A stretch of 64,000 nucleotides of DNA. Origin: Alphaproteobacteria bacterium (GTDB taxonomy: Bacteria > Pseudomonadota > Alphaproteobacteria > UBA6615). Shown here piece by piece: positions 28,539-39,290 of this stretch. Position 1 is the stretch's first letter, and each line of letters starts with the position of its first letter. The DNA is taken from contig CBDHEC010000056.1 of NCBI GenBank assembly GCA_965261975.1, forward strand, positions 105,572-169,571. The letters are read 5' to 3'. A program made the position numbers and the translations under genes. The notes under the pieces were generated by a model. That model was not told the origin of the DNA, searched no databases, and saw only the letters and a list, made by a program, of their open reading frames with translations.

Positions 28539-29378
28539 CTATTTCGTCTTCACGGCCTTGAAGCCGCGGGTGACGGCGGGCACCGAATCCTCGATCGGGA
28601 AACGCTCTGCCGAGGACCCGCCGACATAGCCGTGCAGCTGCGGGGCGAGCTTGATGAACTCTGCAAAATGCTCTGGTGTCTCGATCGACCCGCCGTGGCA
28701 GGTGATGATCCGGTCGGCATATTTGGCGCCGAGCGCGTCGGTGCAGATGGCCACCCGCTGCGCCATGTCGTCATAGTTCATGACCGTCTCGGAGCCGATG
28801 GTGCCGCCGGAGGAGTTGCCGAAATGGACGATGATGTTGTCCACCCCGGCCTCGGCCATCGACAGGCATTCGTCGGGTGTGGTGCAGAAGGCCTTGGTGA
28901 ACAGGCCCTGGCTGCTTGCATAGCCGAGCACCTCGATCTCGCGGGCGTAGCCGGTGCCGGTCTCTTCCAGGTCCGAGCGGAATTTCCCGTCGATCAATGC
29001 GACCGTCGGGCAGTTCATCACACCGTGATAGCCCGCCGCGGCAAGCTGGTCGACGAAGCGGTTCATGTCGCGGGTCGGATCGACGCACAGGATTCCGGCG
29101 ACGACCGGGCAATCGTCTATCACGTTGAGCAGCGAGCGTTCGCCGAGCTCCAGGGTGATCGCGTTGGCGTCTCCGATGGGCAGATAGCCGGCCATCGAAC
29201 TGTGCCCCTGCATGCGGAAATAGGCGAGGATGTGGGTCGTGATCATGTCGGCGCCGCCGCGCGCGGCCATCTTCGCGGTGATCCCGGTGCCGCACAATGC
29301 GTCATAGATGGTGCGACCGGCGTCGCGTTCGGCGTTCAGGCGCTGCATGATTGTTTCGTGGGTCAGTCGGGACGCCAT
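28539..29378 (-). CDS. Phosphoenolpyruvate hydrolase-like TIM-barrel protein
   Basis: GTGITAK...GGAD, FRM.G..S.AG.LP.GDAN, GV.N.PTV, CHGG, G.SS.ER; GGAGG RBS. Confidence 0.82.
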   Translation of the reverse strand: MASRLTHETIMQRLNAERDAGRTIYDALCGTGITAKMAARGGADMITTHILAYFRMQGHSSMAGYLPIGDANAITLELGERSLLNVIDDCPVVAGILCVDPTRDMNRFVDQLAAAGYHGVMNCPTVALIDGKFRSDLEETGTGYAREIEVLGYASSQGLFTKAFCTTPDECLSMAEAGVDNIIVHFGNSSGGTIGSETVMNYDDMAQRVAICTDALGAKYADRIITCHGGSIETPEHFAEFIKLAPQLHGYVGGSSAERFPIEDSVPAVTRGFKAVKTK

Positions 29379-29501
29379 TTCCATATTCCTCCAAGCAAAG
29401 ACTGGGGAGGCAGCATAACGGCATTCGTTTCGCTTTTCTCTGCCAGAATCGCCCGTCTCCGCTTCCCTTGAATCGCGCGCCTCGTCTAGGCTGATCGCGC
29501 G

Positions 29502-30185
29502 ATGCGGACCCTCTATCACCTCTGGCTTTGCCCCTTTGCGCGCAAGGTTCGAATTGTTCTGGCAGAGAAGAAACTCCCCTTCGAACTCGAGATCGAAAAG
29601 GTCTGGGAGCGGCGCGATGAATTTCTCGCCCTGAACCCGGCCGGGGAAGTTCCGGTGTTGCTGGAAGCAAACGGCGAAGACGGGCCGCCGCTGGTGCTCT
29701 CGGACTCCACCGCCATCTGCGAATATGTCGAGGAGATATGTGCCGAGCCCGGTTTGCTTGGTCGCGAACCAGAAGCGCGCGCCGAGGCGCGCCGCCTGGT
29801 GGCCTGGTTCGATCAGAAGTTCCAGCGCGAGGTGACGGTCAATCTGGTCGACGAAAAGATCAACAAGCGTTTCCTGGGCCTTGGCGCACCTTCGTCGGCG
29901 GCGATACGCGCCGGACATGTGAACATCACCACGCATCTGTCCTATGTCGAGTATCTCATCGAGCGACGGGACTGGCTCGCAGGCCCGGATTTCTCGCTGG
30001 GCGATGTTGCCGCGGCCGCGCAGATTTCCTGTGTCGACTATGTGGGCGATGTGCCGTGGGAAGATTTCCCAGAGGCGAAGGGCTGGTATGCGCGGGTGAA
30101 GTCACGGCCCAGCATGCGTCCGATACTCGCCGATCATATCCCCGGGATTCCGCCGCCCAAGCATTACGCCAACCCGGATTTCTAG
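29502..30185 (+). CDS. fzlA: GST-like FtsZ-binding protein FzlA
   Basis: LYHLWLCPF.RKVR, FL.LNPAG.VP, WFD.KF..EV, KSRPS.RP.LAD...G..P..HY...DF C-terminus. Confidence 0.78.
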   Translation: MRTLYHLWLCPFARKVRIVLAEKKLPFELEIEKVWERRDEFLALNPAGEVPVLLEANGEDGPPLVLSDSTAICEYVEEICAEPGLLGREPEARAEARRLVAWFDQKFQREVTVNLVDEKINKRFLGLGAPSSAAIRAGHVNITTHLSYVEYLIERRDWLAGPDFSLGDVAAAAQISCVDYVGDVPWEDFPEAKGWYARVKSRPSMRPILADHIPGIPPPKHYANPDF

Positions 30186-30217
30186 CCGCAGGCACAGGCC
30201 CGGGATTGGAACTCCGC

Positions 30218-31033
30218 CTACTCGACCTTCACGTCCATCTGCTGCAGCGCCTCGCGGGCGGCAGTGCCCGCGCGTGAACCCGGTGCGAGAGACAACACCC
30301 GCAACCATGTTTTCCGCGCCGCGTCGAACTCCCCGACTCCTACCTGAACCGCGCCGAGCTCCATCAATGCGTCCGGGTTGTCTGGGTCGACCACGAGCGC
30401 ACGGGCGATGTCGTCGCGCGCCAAGTCTGGCACTTCGAGCAGACGGTAGGCTGCCGCGCGAAAGATCAGCGCGTCGAGACGTTCGGGGTCACGATCAAGC
30501 GCTGCCGAGAAATCATCGACCGCTTCCCAATATTCCCCGCCCCGCGCCAGCGCATCGCCGCGATCGATCCAGATCTCGGGGTCGGATGAATCGAGCTCGA
30601 GGGCCTGGCTGAGCACCGTATGCGCGCGGCTCAGATCGCCGACATGAAGCCAGACGCTGCCCGCCTGCGCCATGACGGCGGATTGCTCGCGGGTGGTCGC
30701 CGTCGGCATATCTGCGGCGAGTGCTTCCAGTCTTGTCGCGGCCTCGTTGAATTGTCCCAACCCGAAGAGCGCCAACGCGACGCAGTGGAGTGATGGCGCA
30801 CCGCCGCCCTCATCGCGCCAGGCGATCGCGGCTTCGAAACCTGCCTCGGGGTCACTACGTGCGCGTGCAAGGCAGTTTTGGTAGGCTTGCCCGATCGGCA
30901 TATCGGCGTAGCGCTCCTGGGCATGCGCGCCGGGTGTTGCGACGAACGACGTCGCCGTGACGAGCAGGGCGGCCAACAAAAGAGCGACAATCTTGCCATG
31001 CCTGGCGGCGGGTGGTGATGGACGGCGCAACAC
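30218..31033 (-). CDS. Tetratricopeptide repeat protein, exported
   Basis: Signal peptide-like N-terminus and helical TPR-like repeats. Confidence 0.78.
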   Translation of the reverse strand: MLRRPSPPAARHGKIVALLLAALLVTATSFVATPGAHAQERYADMPIGQAYQNCLARARSDPEAGFEAAIAWRDEGGGAPSLHCVALALFGLGQFNEAATRLEALAADMPTATTREQSAVMAQAGSVWLHVGDLSRAHTVLSQALELDSSDPEIWIDRGDALARGGEYWEAVDDFSAALDRDPERLDALIFRAAAYRLLEVPDLARDDIARALVVDPDNPDALMELGAVQVGVGEFDAARKTWLRVLSLAPGSRAGTAAREALQQMDVKVE

Positions 31034-31125
31034 GCGGGCTCCTATTCTGTCATTCTGATCTAGCAGTGCTCCGCGATCCGCGCAAAATTCTCATGCCGTG
31101 AAACGAACGAGAGCAACCGGACAAG

Positions 31126-32007
31126 GTGAGTATGACGACACGGACTTTACTGGTGTTCGGCCTGGGGTTTAGCGCCCGGGTCCTGGTGGATCGGCTCCAG
31201 CCCGCCGGCTGGACCGTGCGTGCAACCGCACGAAGCGCAGAGAAGGTTGCGGCGCTGCGGGCTGAAGGCATCGATGCGTTCCTCTTCGACGGAACGGCGC
31301 CGATCGCCGATAAAGCCAATGCGTTCGATGGGGTCAGCCACCTCCTCCTGTCGGTGCCGCCCGATGCGGACGGTGACCCCGTTCTGGCGCAGCATGGTGG
31401 CGATATTGCGGCGCTGGCGGGAGGCATCGCCTGGGCCGGCTATCTCTCGACCACCGGCGTTTATGGCGATCGCGCTGGCGGCTGGGTTGACGAGACATCC
31501 GAGCTTACGCCGGCCACCGAACGCGGACAGCGCCGGGTCGAGGCCGAGGCCGGCTGGTGCCGCCTGTGGCGCGAGTCGGGCCTACCGATTCATCTTTTCC
31601 GTCTCGCAGGTATCTACGGCCCCGGGCGCAACGCGCTGGAGACGGTGCGGTCCGGCAAGGCGCGTCGCGTGATCAAGCAGGGACAGGTGTTCAGCCGCAC
31701 CCATGTGGCCGACATCGCGACGGTCCTGGAGGCGTCGATTGCGCGCCCCAACCCGGGTGCGGCCTATAATGTCTGTGACGACGACCCCGCGCCGCCCCAG
31801 GAGGTGGTGACCTATGCCTGTGAGCTTCTGGGAGTCGATCCTCCGCCGGAAATTCGCTTCGAGGATGCCGAGATGTCGGAGATGGGCCGCAGCTTTTACG
31901 CGGAATCGAAACGCGTCTCTAACCGGCGCATCAAGGAAGAGCTCGGTGTGGCGCTGGCCTATCCCGACTATCGGGCGGGGCTGGCGGCGCTGTTGTCGGA
32001 CAGCTGA
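31126..32007 (+). CDS. Atypical SDR / NAD-dependent epimerase family protein
   Basis: FGLGFSA, YLSTTGVYGD, FRLAGIYGPGR, FSR.HV.DI, SFYAE.KRV.N. Confidence 0.88.
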   Translation: MSMTTRTLLVFGLGFSARVLVDRLQPAGWTVRATARSAEKVAALRAEGIDAFLFDGTAPIADKANAFDGVSHLLLSVPPDADGDPVLAQHGGDIAALAGGIAWAGYLSTTGVYGDRAGGWVDETSELTPATERGQRRVEAEAGWCRLWRESGLPIHLFRLAGIYGPGRNALETVRSGKARRVIKQGQVFSRTHVADIATVLEASIARPNPGAAYNVCDDDPAPPQEVVTYACELLGVDPPPEIRFEDAEMSEMGRSFYAESKRVSNRRIKEELGVALAYPDYRAGLAALLSDS

Positions 32008-32821
32008 TCGCACAGACGCTCGACCACGCCGACCATCCGTGCCAGGTCGCGCGGTTCCGAAAGGCGGTGGTCGCCGTCCTTGATCAGGATGAGTTCAACA
32101 TCGTCCGACGTCAGCGCATTCATCAGTTTCTGCGATTGTGTCCAGGGCACGTCCGGGTCTGAACTGCCGTGGATCAGCCGCACGGGAATGTCCAGCGCCA
32201 GCGGCGTTTTCAGAACGAGATGGTTGTGACCTTCTGCGAGCAAGTCGCCGGTGATCACATAGGGCTCGTCGGCATATTCCGACGGTGCCTCGTAGAACCC
32301 TGTCTCGGCGATCTGCGCCAGCGCCTGGGGGCCGAGCCTCACGGGCAGCAGGTCTTCGGTGAAATCGGCAGCGGCCGCGATGGTCACGAGCCCGGCGATG
32401 TTCTGGGTGCCGGCATCTGCGTTCAGGGCTTTTGCGACGAGGGTGGCGATCCAGCCGCCCATGGAGGAGCCGACCAGCACGAGGTTTCCACCCAGTCCCG
32501 GCACCGTGCGCCCCGCGTGGCGGATCACGGTCAGCGCGTCGTCGCGCCAGCGACCGATGGTGCCATCGCGAAACGCGCCAGCCGATGCGCCCATGGCCCG
32601 AATAGTCCAGTCGCAGAAATGCGCGGCCCGTCTCGCGTGCCCACGCCTCCAAAACGGTTGCCTTCCTGGCCGGTCATATCGGACATAAAGCCACCGAGGA
32701 ACACGACGCCGGGTGCCTGAGTAGAGGACGTTCCGCTGTCGGACGCTTGCACCGGCGTCGCGCAATATGCGAGGGCGGTACCGTCTACGGCGTCGACGAA
32801 GTGGATGTCGGCGGAAACCAT
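31968..32821 (-). pseudogene. ABHD10-like alpha/beta hydrolase with two frameshifts
   Basis: PGVVFLGGFMSDMTG, RLDYSGHG and GTIGRW..D...GSSMGG...GDHRLS lie in three successive reading segments; breaks near 32670 and 32590. Confidence 0.78.
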
Positions 32822-32841
32822 CAGGACAAGAACTTAGCTGA

Positions 32842-34099
32842 ATGAACGACGGTCCCGATTCTAACACCAAGGTTGACGACACGGCGAGTGCGGCCAGCGA
32901 AGCGGCGGCGCGCGAGACGGCGGCGCGGCTGCCGGTGGTGCTTCAGGTGTTGCCGTCGCTCGATGTCGGCGGCGGCGGGGTGGAGCGAAGCGCCATCGAC
33001 GTGGCCGAGGCGCTGGTCCTGGCGGGCAAGACCGCGATCGTCGCCTCGTCGGGCGGTCGCCAGGTCGCGGAGCTCGAGCGCCGGGGGGTGCAACATGTTG
33101 AGTTGCCGCTTGCATCGAAGAACCCCCTGATCATCCGGCGCAACATTGCGCGCCTCGCAGAGCTCATCGCGGCGTGAGCATGTGGAGCTGGTGCATGCCC
33201 GTTCCCGTGCGCCGGCCTGGAGCGCGCGTGCGGCCGCGCGTGCCGCAGGTCTGCCCTTCGTCACCACGTTCCACGGCACCTACAATTTCGGCAGCGGCAC
33301 CTTCGGCGCCCTGAAGAAGCGCTACAACGCGGTGATGGCCGACGGCGACATGGTGATCGCCAATTCGCAGTTCATCGCCGCGCATATGAAAGAGAATTAC
33401 GGGGTGCCCGATGGGCGCATCCGGACGATCCCCCGCGGCATCGACACGGCGCGTTTCGATGCCGAGGGTTTCAATCCCAACCGGATGGTCGATGTCTCAA
33501 CCCGCTGGCGCCTCGATGACGGGAATGCGGTCGTCACGCTGCCGGGACGTTTGACCCGCTGGAAGGGCCAGCTCCTGTTCGTCGAGGCCCTGGCGCGGCT
33601 CAAGGCTCGCCGCGGGTCGGAGGACTTCCGCGTGACCGGCCTGTTGGTCGGCTCCGACCAGGGGCGCGAGGCCTATCGCCAGGAACTGGAAGACCATATT
33701 TCCGAGAAGGGTCTCGGCGGCAATGTGCAGATCGTCGGCCATTGTGAAGACATGCCGGCCGCATACATGCTGTCGGACGTGGTGGTTTCGGCCTCGACCG
33801 ACCCGGAGGCGTTCGGCCGGGTGATCGCCGAAGCTCAGGCCATGGGGCGGCCCGTGGTGGTGGCAGACCATGGCGGGGCGACCGAGCAGGTCCTCGCCGG
33901 CGAGACCGGATGGCTGTTTGCCCCGGGTGACCCCGAGAGTTTTGCTGATGCGCTCGAGACCGCACTCACATTGGACACGGCGAAACGCGAGGCACTCGCC
34001 GTGAGGGCCGCCGTGCATGTGCGCGAGAATTTCTCCAAGGCCGGCATGTGCGCCGACACGTTGCGGGTCTATGCCGCCCTCCATGAGGCACGCGCCTGA
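32842..34099 (+). pseudogene. GT4 glycosyltransferase, frameshifted
   Basis: LQVLPSL..GGVER in one frame; VHARSRAPAWS...PEAFGRV..EAQAMG in the +1 frame; break near 33170. Confidence 0.82.
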
Positions 34100-35025
34100 T
34101 GAGTGCGCAACGTATTCTGGTGATCAAGCTGGGGGCCCTGGGTGACGTCGTCCAGGCGACGGGTCCGTTCGCTGCGATCCGCGCCCATCACCCCGATGCG
34201 CATATCACCTTGCTGACGTCTTCCGCCTACAGCGAATTCCTGGGGGCCTCCGAATGGTTCGACGAGGTCTGGGTCGACGACCGGCCGAGTTGGAAGAACT
34301 TCTGGGGCTGGTATCGCCTGCGGTTCCGGTTGCGGTACGGCCGCTTCGACCGGGCCTATGATCTGCAGACCTCGGACCGCTCGAGCCTCTACTATCACCT
34401 CATGGCACCGGGTCGTCGCCCGGCCTGGTCGGGCATCGCGCGCGGCGCAGCCTTGCGTCACAAGAATCCCGACCGTGACAACATGCACACGATCGACCGC
34501 CAGAGCGATCAGCTCGCCGTCGCGGGAATCGAGAAGGTGCCCGCACCCTCCCTCGACTGGGTGCAGGCCGACACGGCGCGTTTCGGTATCGCCGGTCCGT
34601 ATGTGTTGCTGGTGCCCGGCGGGTCCGCCCATCGTCCCGACAAGCGCTGGCCGGTGGGGTCGTACACCGAACTGGCGCGCCGGCTCGTGGCGCGCGGCGT
34701 GACGCCTGTGCTCATCGGCGCGGGCGCAGATGCCCACGCGACCGGCACCATCGCGTCTTTTTGCACCGACGCGATGGACCTGACGTCGGATACGAGCTTC
34801 GCCGAGATCACCGCGCTGGCCCGGGATGCGAAGGGCGCTGTGGGCAACGATACGGGCCCCATGCACGTCATTGCGACGGCGGGTTGCCCGTCGGTCGCGC
34901 TCTATTCGTTTGCCTCCGACCCCGCGCTGTGCGCCCAAAAGGGGGAGGATGTGACCATCCTGCGCCGCGACCAGCTGGCGGAACTTTCCGTCGACGAGGT
35001 TGAAGCGGCGCTCCGACTGGACTAA
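34099..35025 (+). CDS. GT9 glycosyltransferase (heptosyltransferase family)
   Basis: ILVIKLGALGD, YDLQ, KRWP, GNDTGPMH. Confidence 0.9.
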   Translation: MSAQRILVIKLGALGDVVQATGPFAAIRAHHPDAHITLLTSSAYSEFLGASEWFDEVWVDDRPSWKNFWGWYRLRFRLRYGRFDRAYDLQTSDRSSLYYHLMAPGRRPAWSGIARGAALRHKNPDRDNMHTIDRQSDQLAVAGIEKVPAPSLDWVQADTARFGIAGPYVLLVPGGSAHRPDKRWPVGSYTELARRLVARGVTPVLIGAGADAHATGTIASFCTDAMDLTSDTSFAEITALARDAKGAVGNDTGPMHVIATAGCPSVALYSFASDPALCAQKGEDVTILRRDQLAELSVDEVEAALRLD

Positions 35026-35091
35026 ATCCCGCACACGCGCTCGGTTTTGGTTAACCGGGCGTTTGGAAATTTGAGAGACAACGGAACCGAT

Positions 35092-37104
35092 ATGGCAGAC
35101 CCAGCATCCGCAAACCAGGTCACGATCACACTGCCCGATGGCAGCACGCGCGTTTTCGACGGCGCGGTGACCGGTACTGCGCTGGCCGCCGATATCGGCC
35201 CCGGTCTGGCCAAGGCGGCGCTCGCCGTCCGGGTGGGTGGCGAGATCCGCGACCTGGCGCGGCCCATCGAGGCTGATGCTGAAGTATCGATCATCACGAT
35301 CAAGGACGAGGACGCGCTCGAGCTGATCCGCCACGATGCGGCCCATGTGCTGGCAGAGGCGGTCCAGGAACTATTCCCGGGCACGCAGATCACGTTTGGT
35401 CCGGCAACGGATGACGGCTTCTATTACGACTTCCACCGGGCGGAAGCCTTTTCGTCGGACGACTTCGAGGCCATCGAGAAGAAGATGGAAGAGATCGTGT
35501 CGCGCGATGAAGAGATTATCCGCGAGGTCTGGTCGCGCGACGAGGTTCGCGCCTATTTCGAAAAGCAGGGCGAGACGTTCAAGGCCGAGTGGGTCGGTGA
35601 GCTCCCCGAGGGCGAAGACATCACGATGTACCGCCAGGGGGACTGGATCGACCTGTGCCGCGGCCCGCATCTTTCGTCGACGGGGAAACTGCCCAAGGCG
35701 TTCAAGCTGATGAAACTCGCCGGCGCCTACTGGCGTGGCGATGCGGCGAATGACCAGCTCCAGCGAATCTACGGCACGGCCTGGCGCAACGAGAAGGAAC
35801 TCAAGGCCCATCTGACGATGATCGAGGAGGCCGAGAAGCGCGACCATCGTCGCATCGGCCGCGAGATGGACCTGTTCCACATGCAGGAGGCCGCCGTCGG
35901 TTCGGTCTTCTGGCACCCCAAGGGTTGGACGCTCTACCGGGCGTGCGAGGACTATATGCGCACGCGCCTCGATGGGGCCGGCTACACGGAAGTGAAGACG
36001 CCCCAACTCGTCGATCGGGCCCTGTGGGAGCGCTCCGGGCATTGGGAGAAATTCCGCGAGCATATGTTCGTGGCCGAGGTGGACGAGAGCGATCCGGCCG
36101 CCCATGGCCACGACCATGATCACGATGCGCCCTCGACGGCAGCCAACCGGATGCTGGCGCTGAAGCCGATGAACTGCCCGTGTCACGTGCAGATTTTCAG
36201 CAACTCCGGCATGAAGAGCTATCGTGATCTGCCGATGCGCATGGCCGAGTTCGGCTCCTGCCATCGTTACGAGCCATCGGGCGCGCTGCACGGGATCATG
36301 CGGGTGCGCGCCTTCACGCAGGACGACGCCCATATCTTCTGCACCGAAGACCAGATCGTCGAAGAGACGAAATCCTTCTGCGAGCTGCTGCTGTCGGTCT
36401 ACCGGGATTTCGGTTTCGAAGAGGTGGCGGTGAAGTTCTCCGACCGCCCCGAGGTGCGCGCCGGCGAAGACGCGACCTGGGACCGTGCCGAGGCGGCGCT
36501 GATGGATGCGACCAAGGCCGCGGGGCTCGACTTCACGCTCAACCCGGGCGAGGGCGCCTTCTACGGGCCGAAGCTCGAATTCGTGCTGCGTGATGCCATC
36601 GGCCGCGACTGGCAGTGCGGTACGTTGCAGGTGGATTTCGTCCTGCCCGAGCGCCTCGATGCCAGCTACATCGACGAGAGTGGCGAGAAGGCGCGGCCGG
36701 TCATGCTGCACCGGGCGATCCTCGGCTCCTTCGAGCGGTTCCTCGGCATCCTGATCGAGAACTATGCGGGCCGTTTCCCGCTCTGGCTGGCGCCGACCCA
36801 GGTGGTGGTGGCCACGATCACCAGCGACGCCAACGATTATGCCGAGGAGGTCGCGGCGGCGTGCCGCGCCGCCGGCCTGCGTGTCGAGGCGGATCTGCGC
36901 AACGAAAAGATCAACTACAAGGTGCGCGAGCACAGCCACGCCCATGTGCCGGCGATCCTGGTTGTTGGTCGCCGCGAGGCCGAGGAGGGCACGGTCGCCG
37001 TCCGCCGCCTCGGATCGAAGGAACAGGAAGTACTTGCGTTGGGCGACGCGGTCGGCAAACTAAGCGCCGAAGCCGAAAGCCCGGCGGCGAAGCATGCCGT
37101 CTAG
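35092..37104 (+). CDS. thrS: Threonine--tRNA ligase
   Basis: TGS domain, [50 protein letters not shown]. Confidence 0.98.
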   Translation: MADPASANQVTITLPDGSTRVFDGAVTGTALAADIGPGLAKAALAVRVGGEIRDLARPIEADAEVSIITIKDEDALELIRHDAAHVLAEAVQELFPGTQITFGPATDDGFYYDFHRAEAFSSDDFEAIEKKMEEIVSRDEEIIREVWSRDEVRAYFEKQGETFKAEWVGELPEGEDITMYRQGDWIDLCRGPHLSSTGKLPKAFKLMKLAGAYWRGDAANDQLQRIYGTAWRNEKELKAHLTMIEEAEKRDHRRIGREMDLFHMQEAAVGSVFWHPKGWTLYRACEDYMRTRLDGAGYTEVKTPQLVDRALWERSGHWEKFREHMFVAEVDESDPAAHGHDHDHDAPSTAANRMLALKPMNCPCHVQIFSNSGMKSYRDLPMRMAEFGSCHRYEPSGALHGIMRVRAFTQDDAHIFCTEDQIVEETKSFCELLLSVYRDFGFEEVAVKFSDRPEVRAGEDATWDRAEAALMDATKAAGLDFTLNPGEGAFYGPKLEFVLRDAIGRDWQCGTLQVDFVLPERLDASYIDESGEKARPVMLHRAILGSFERFLGILIENYAGRFPLWLAPTQVVVATITSDANDYAEEVAAACRAAGLRVEADLRNEKINYKVREHSHAHVPAILVVGRREAEEGTVAVRRLGSKEQEVLALGDAVGKLSAEAESPAAKHAV

Positions 37105-37146
37105 TGCGGCCGGCGACACGGAAACAACATTGAATGGAGAATTGTA

Positions 37147-37686
37147 ATCGCTAGACGACCAGTAGATCAGAGCCCCCCGAAGAAGGATGGGCCGCGCACC
37201 AATGAGGACATTACCGTGACCCAGGTCCGCCTCGTTGACGAGAACGGCGAACAGGTAGGCGTCGTCGATACGCCCGCCGCACTGCAGCGCGCCATGGATG
37301 TAGGGCTCGACCTGGTAGAGGTGTCACCGAACGCCGATCCGCCGGTTTGCAAGATTATCGATCACGGGAAGCTCAAATATCAGGAGCAGAAGAAGCGCAA
37401 CGAGGCGCGCAAGAAGCAGAAGACGATCGACGTCAAGGAGATCAAGCTTCGCCCCAACATCGACACCCATGACTACGACGTGAAGATGCGCAACGCCCGC
37501 CGGTTCATCGACGACGGTGACAAGGTGAAGGTGACCCTGCGCTTCCGCGGCCGCGAGATGGCCCATCAGGATCTGGGCGCCCAGGTGCTCGAGCGGGTTC
37601 GCACCGAACTCGACGAGATCGCCAAGGTCGAACAGATGCCGAAGATGGAAGGCCGCCAGATGGTGATGGTGATCTCACCGCGCTAG
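37147..37686 (+). CDS. infC: Translation initiation factor IF-3, non-AUG start (ATC inferred)
   Basis: GGAGA RBS at 37136-37140, in-frame ATC at 37147 giving (M)[15 protein letters not shown]; [23 protein letters not shown]. Confidence 0.93.
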   Translation: MARRPVDQSPPKKDGPRTNEDITVTQVRLVDENGEQVGVVDTPAALQRAMDVGLDLVEVSPNADPPVCKIIDHGKLKYQEQKKRNEARKKQKTIDVKEIKLRPNIDTHDYDVKMRNARRFIDDGDKVKVTLRFRGREMAHQDLGAQVLERVRTELDEIAKVEQMPKMEGRQMVMVISPR

Positions 37687-37715
37687 GCGACCCCAATTCG
37701 CGAAATAGAATGCCG

Positions 37716-37747
37716 AAAGCCCCGCGCGGTTCCCGCACGGGGCTTTT
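37716..37747. terminator. Bidirectional intrinsic terminator between infC and the AOX gene
   Basis: AAAGCCCCG...CGGGGCTTTT hairpin between convergent genes. Confidence 0.7.
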
Positions 37748-37759
37748 GATTTGGGTTGT

Positions 37760-38437
37760 TCAGCTTGTCGGCGCCGACTGGCTGGAGCCCGTCGGCTGCT
37801 CGCCGGCGTCCATCTGGTCGGCGAACTTATGGTTTCGGTCGCGGTGGCCTGCCTCATCCTCGCGCACCACGAGCACCACGTCACGCAGGGTCGCGTCGGC
37901 CGGAAGGTTCCAATAGTCGATCGCGATCTGGGGGGCGGCCACGTTTTCCTGCCGCCCGGCGTCGATCTCGCCCAGATAATGGGTGTAGCTGATGACGGCC
38001 TCCTCCTCGAAATAGCCGACCACACGATGGGCGGTCCGGGGCGCGAAGAGATAGAGGAGGAAGTAGAAATTGTAGAAGATCGCCTGCGTGATCATCACCA
38101 CGAAACGCTCGAACGTCGTGGGCTGTGCGACCTGGACGAAGGTCATCAGGTGCATGCGCTCATTGTCGGCTTCCTCCAGCAATTCGCGGATCCAGCCCTG
38201 GTCGTCACGGATATGACGTAACGCTTTCAGATGCTGCAGCAGTCCACCGACCATGCCCGGGACGGCGGCGACGGTCTCCAGCACGATGGCGCGGTGGCCG
38301 TAGCGCCTGGCGAAGAACCAGTCTGCGAAGAAACGCAGGAACTTCACCAGAGCGAAGGCGAAGTGGTCGCTGAAGCCGTGGGGTAAGCGGTGCGGTGACG
38401 CGTACTCGGCGACCGTAACCTGGGTGTCTGCGGTCAT
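37760..38437 (-). CDS. aox: Alternative oxidase (ubiquinol oxidase)
   Basis: [36 protein letters not shown] di-iron motifs. Confidence 0.94.
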   Translation of the reverse strand: MTADTQVTVAEYASPHRLPHGFSDHFAFALVKFLRFFADWFFARRYGHRAIVLETVAAVPGMVGGLLQHLKALRHIRDDQGWIRELLEEADNERMHLMTFVQVAQPTTFERFVVMITQAIFYNFYFLLYLFAPRTAHRVVGYFEEEAVISYTHYLGEIDAGRQENVAAPQIAIDYWNLPADATLRDVVLVVREDEAGHRDRNHKFADQMDAGEQPTGSSQSAPTS

Positions 38438-38550
38438 CTCACGTTGCTCCTGTCGGTGCCACTGGGACGAACGCAAATCTTCAATCATCAAGTGGGGTGC
38501 ACTCGACCTCTTGGCAAGGCGGGTGGTGCGGCGTGAGGTCGCGCGCGAAA

Positions 38551-39288
38551 TCATTCAATCGACGTCGCGACCTCCAGCAAAATCGCCGTCAGTTCATCGG
38601 GTGCCGACAATTGCGGCGCGTGGTCCGTGTCCAGCGTGTGGAGCGTTTCGCAGGGGGTTTCGGTGTACATGCGCTTTTGCAACTCGTTGAAGACGGACCG
38701 GTCCTGCAGTGTCTCGATGTAGATTCGCGGCACGCGCGCGAAATTTTCGTCGCCGAGGTGCAGCCTGGAGCGCCGCCCGCCTTCGGGTTGCGGTGTGAGT
38801 TGGCTGGCGGCGATCTTCGCGTCGGCCGGGTCGGCGGTGTTGTAGAACACGTTGACGGCGGATGCCGGGTCGATCATCGACAGGTGGCCGTCATCGGAAT
38901 AGCTCACCCGGGCGTGGGCGCCGGTCATCCAGTCCTCCCAGGCCCGGTCGTAGAAGTCGACGATGGATTCCCCGTCCGGCAGCAGGAAGGCGCAGAGATA
39001 GACCGCGACCGAGATGGCGTCGGGCCGCAGTTCCGAGGTTTGTGCGGCCACCGTACCTCCCATCGAATGGCCGACCAGAATCACGGGAGCGGCCGCCCCG
39101 TCGATCAACGATGCCACATGCTCGGCATACAGCATCGTGGTGACGTCGCCCGGAGCGGTGTCGTCGTGGCCGTTGCCGGGCAGGTCCACGGCAATGGCCG
39201 TATGCCCGTTGGCTTCGAGCAGCGGCACGACACGCGACCAGGCCCATGCGCCCTGCCAGGCCCCGTGCACCAGAACGAAGGTCGCCAT
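38551..39288 (-). CDS. Alpha/beta hydrolase (methylesterase/SABP2-like)
   Basis: [32 protein letters not shown]. Confidence 0.87.
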   Translation of the reverse strand: MATFVLVHGAWQGAWAWSRVVPLLEANGHTAIAVDLPGNGHDDTAPGDVTTMLYAEHVASLIDGAAAPVILVGHSMGGTVAAQTSELRPDAISVAVYLCAFLLPDGESIVDFYDRAWEDWMTGAHARVSYSDDGHLSMIDPASAVNVFYNTADPADAKIAASQLTPQPEGGRRSRLHLGDENFARVPRIYIETLQDRSVFNELQKRMYTETPCETLHTLDTDHAPQLSAPDELTAILLEVATSIE

Positions 39289-39290
39289 AC

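Noticed and set aside
33175-33177. TGA inside the GT4 gene as a second possible Sec codon
   Set aside because: The downstream part is in a different frame, so this is a frameshift, not read-through.
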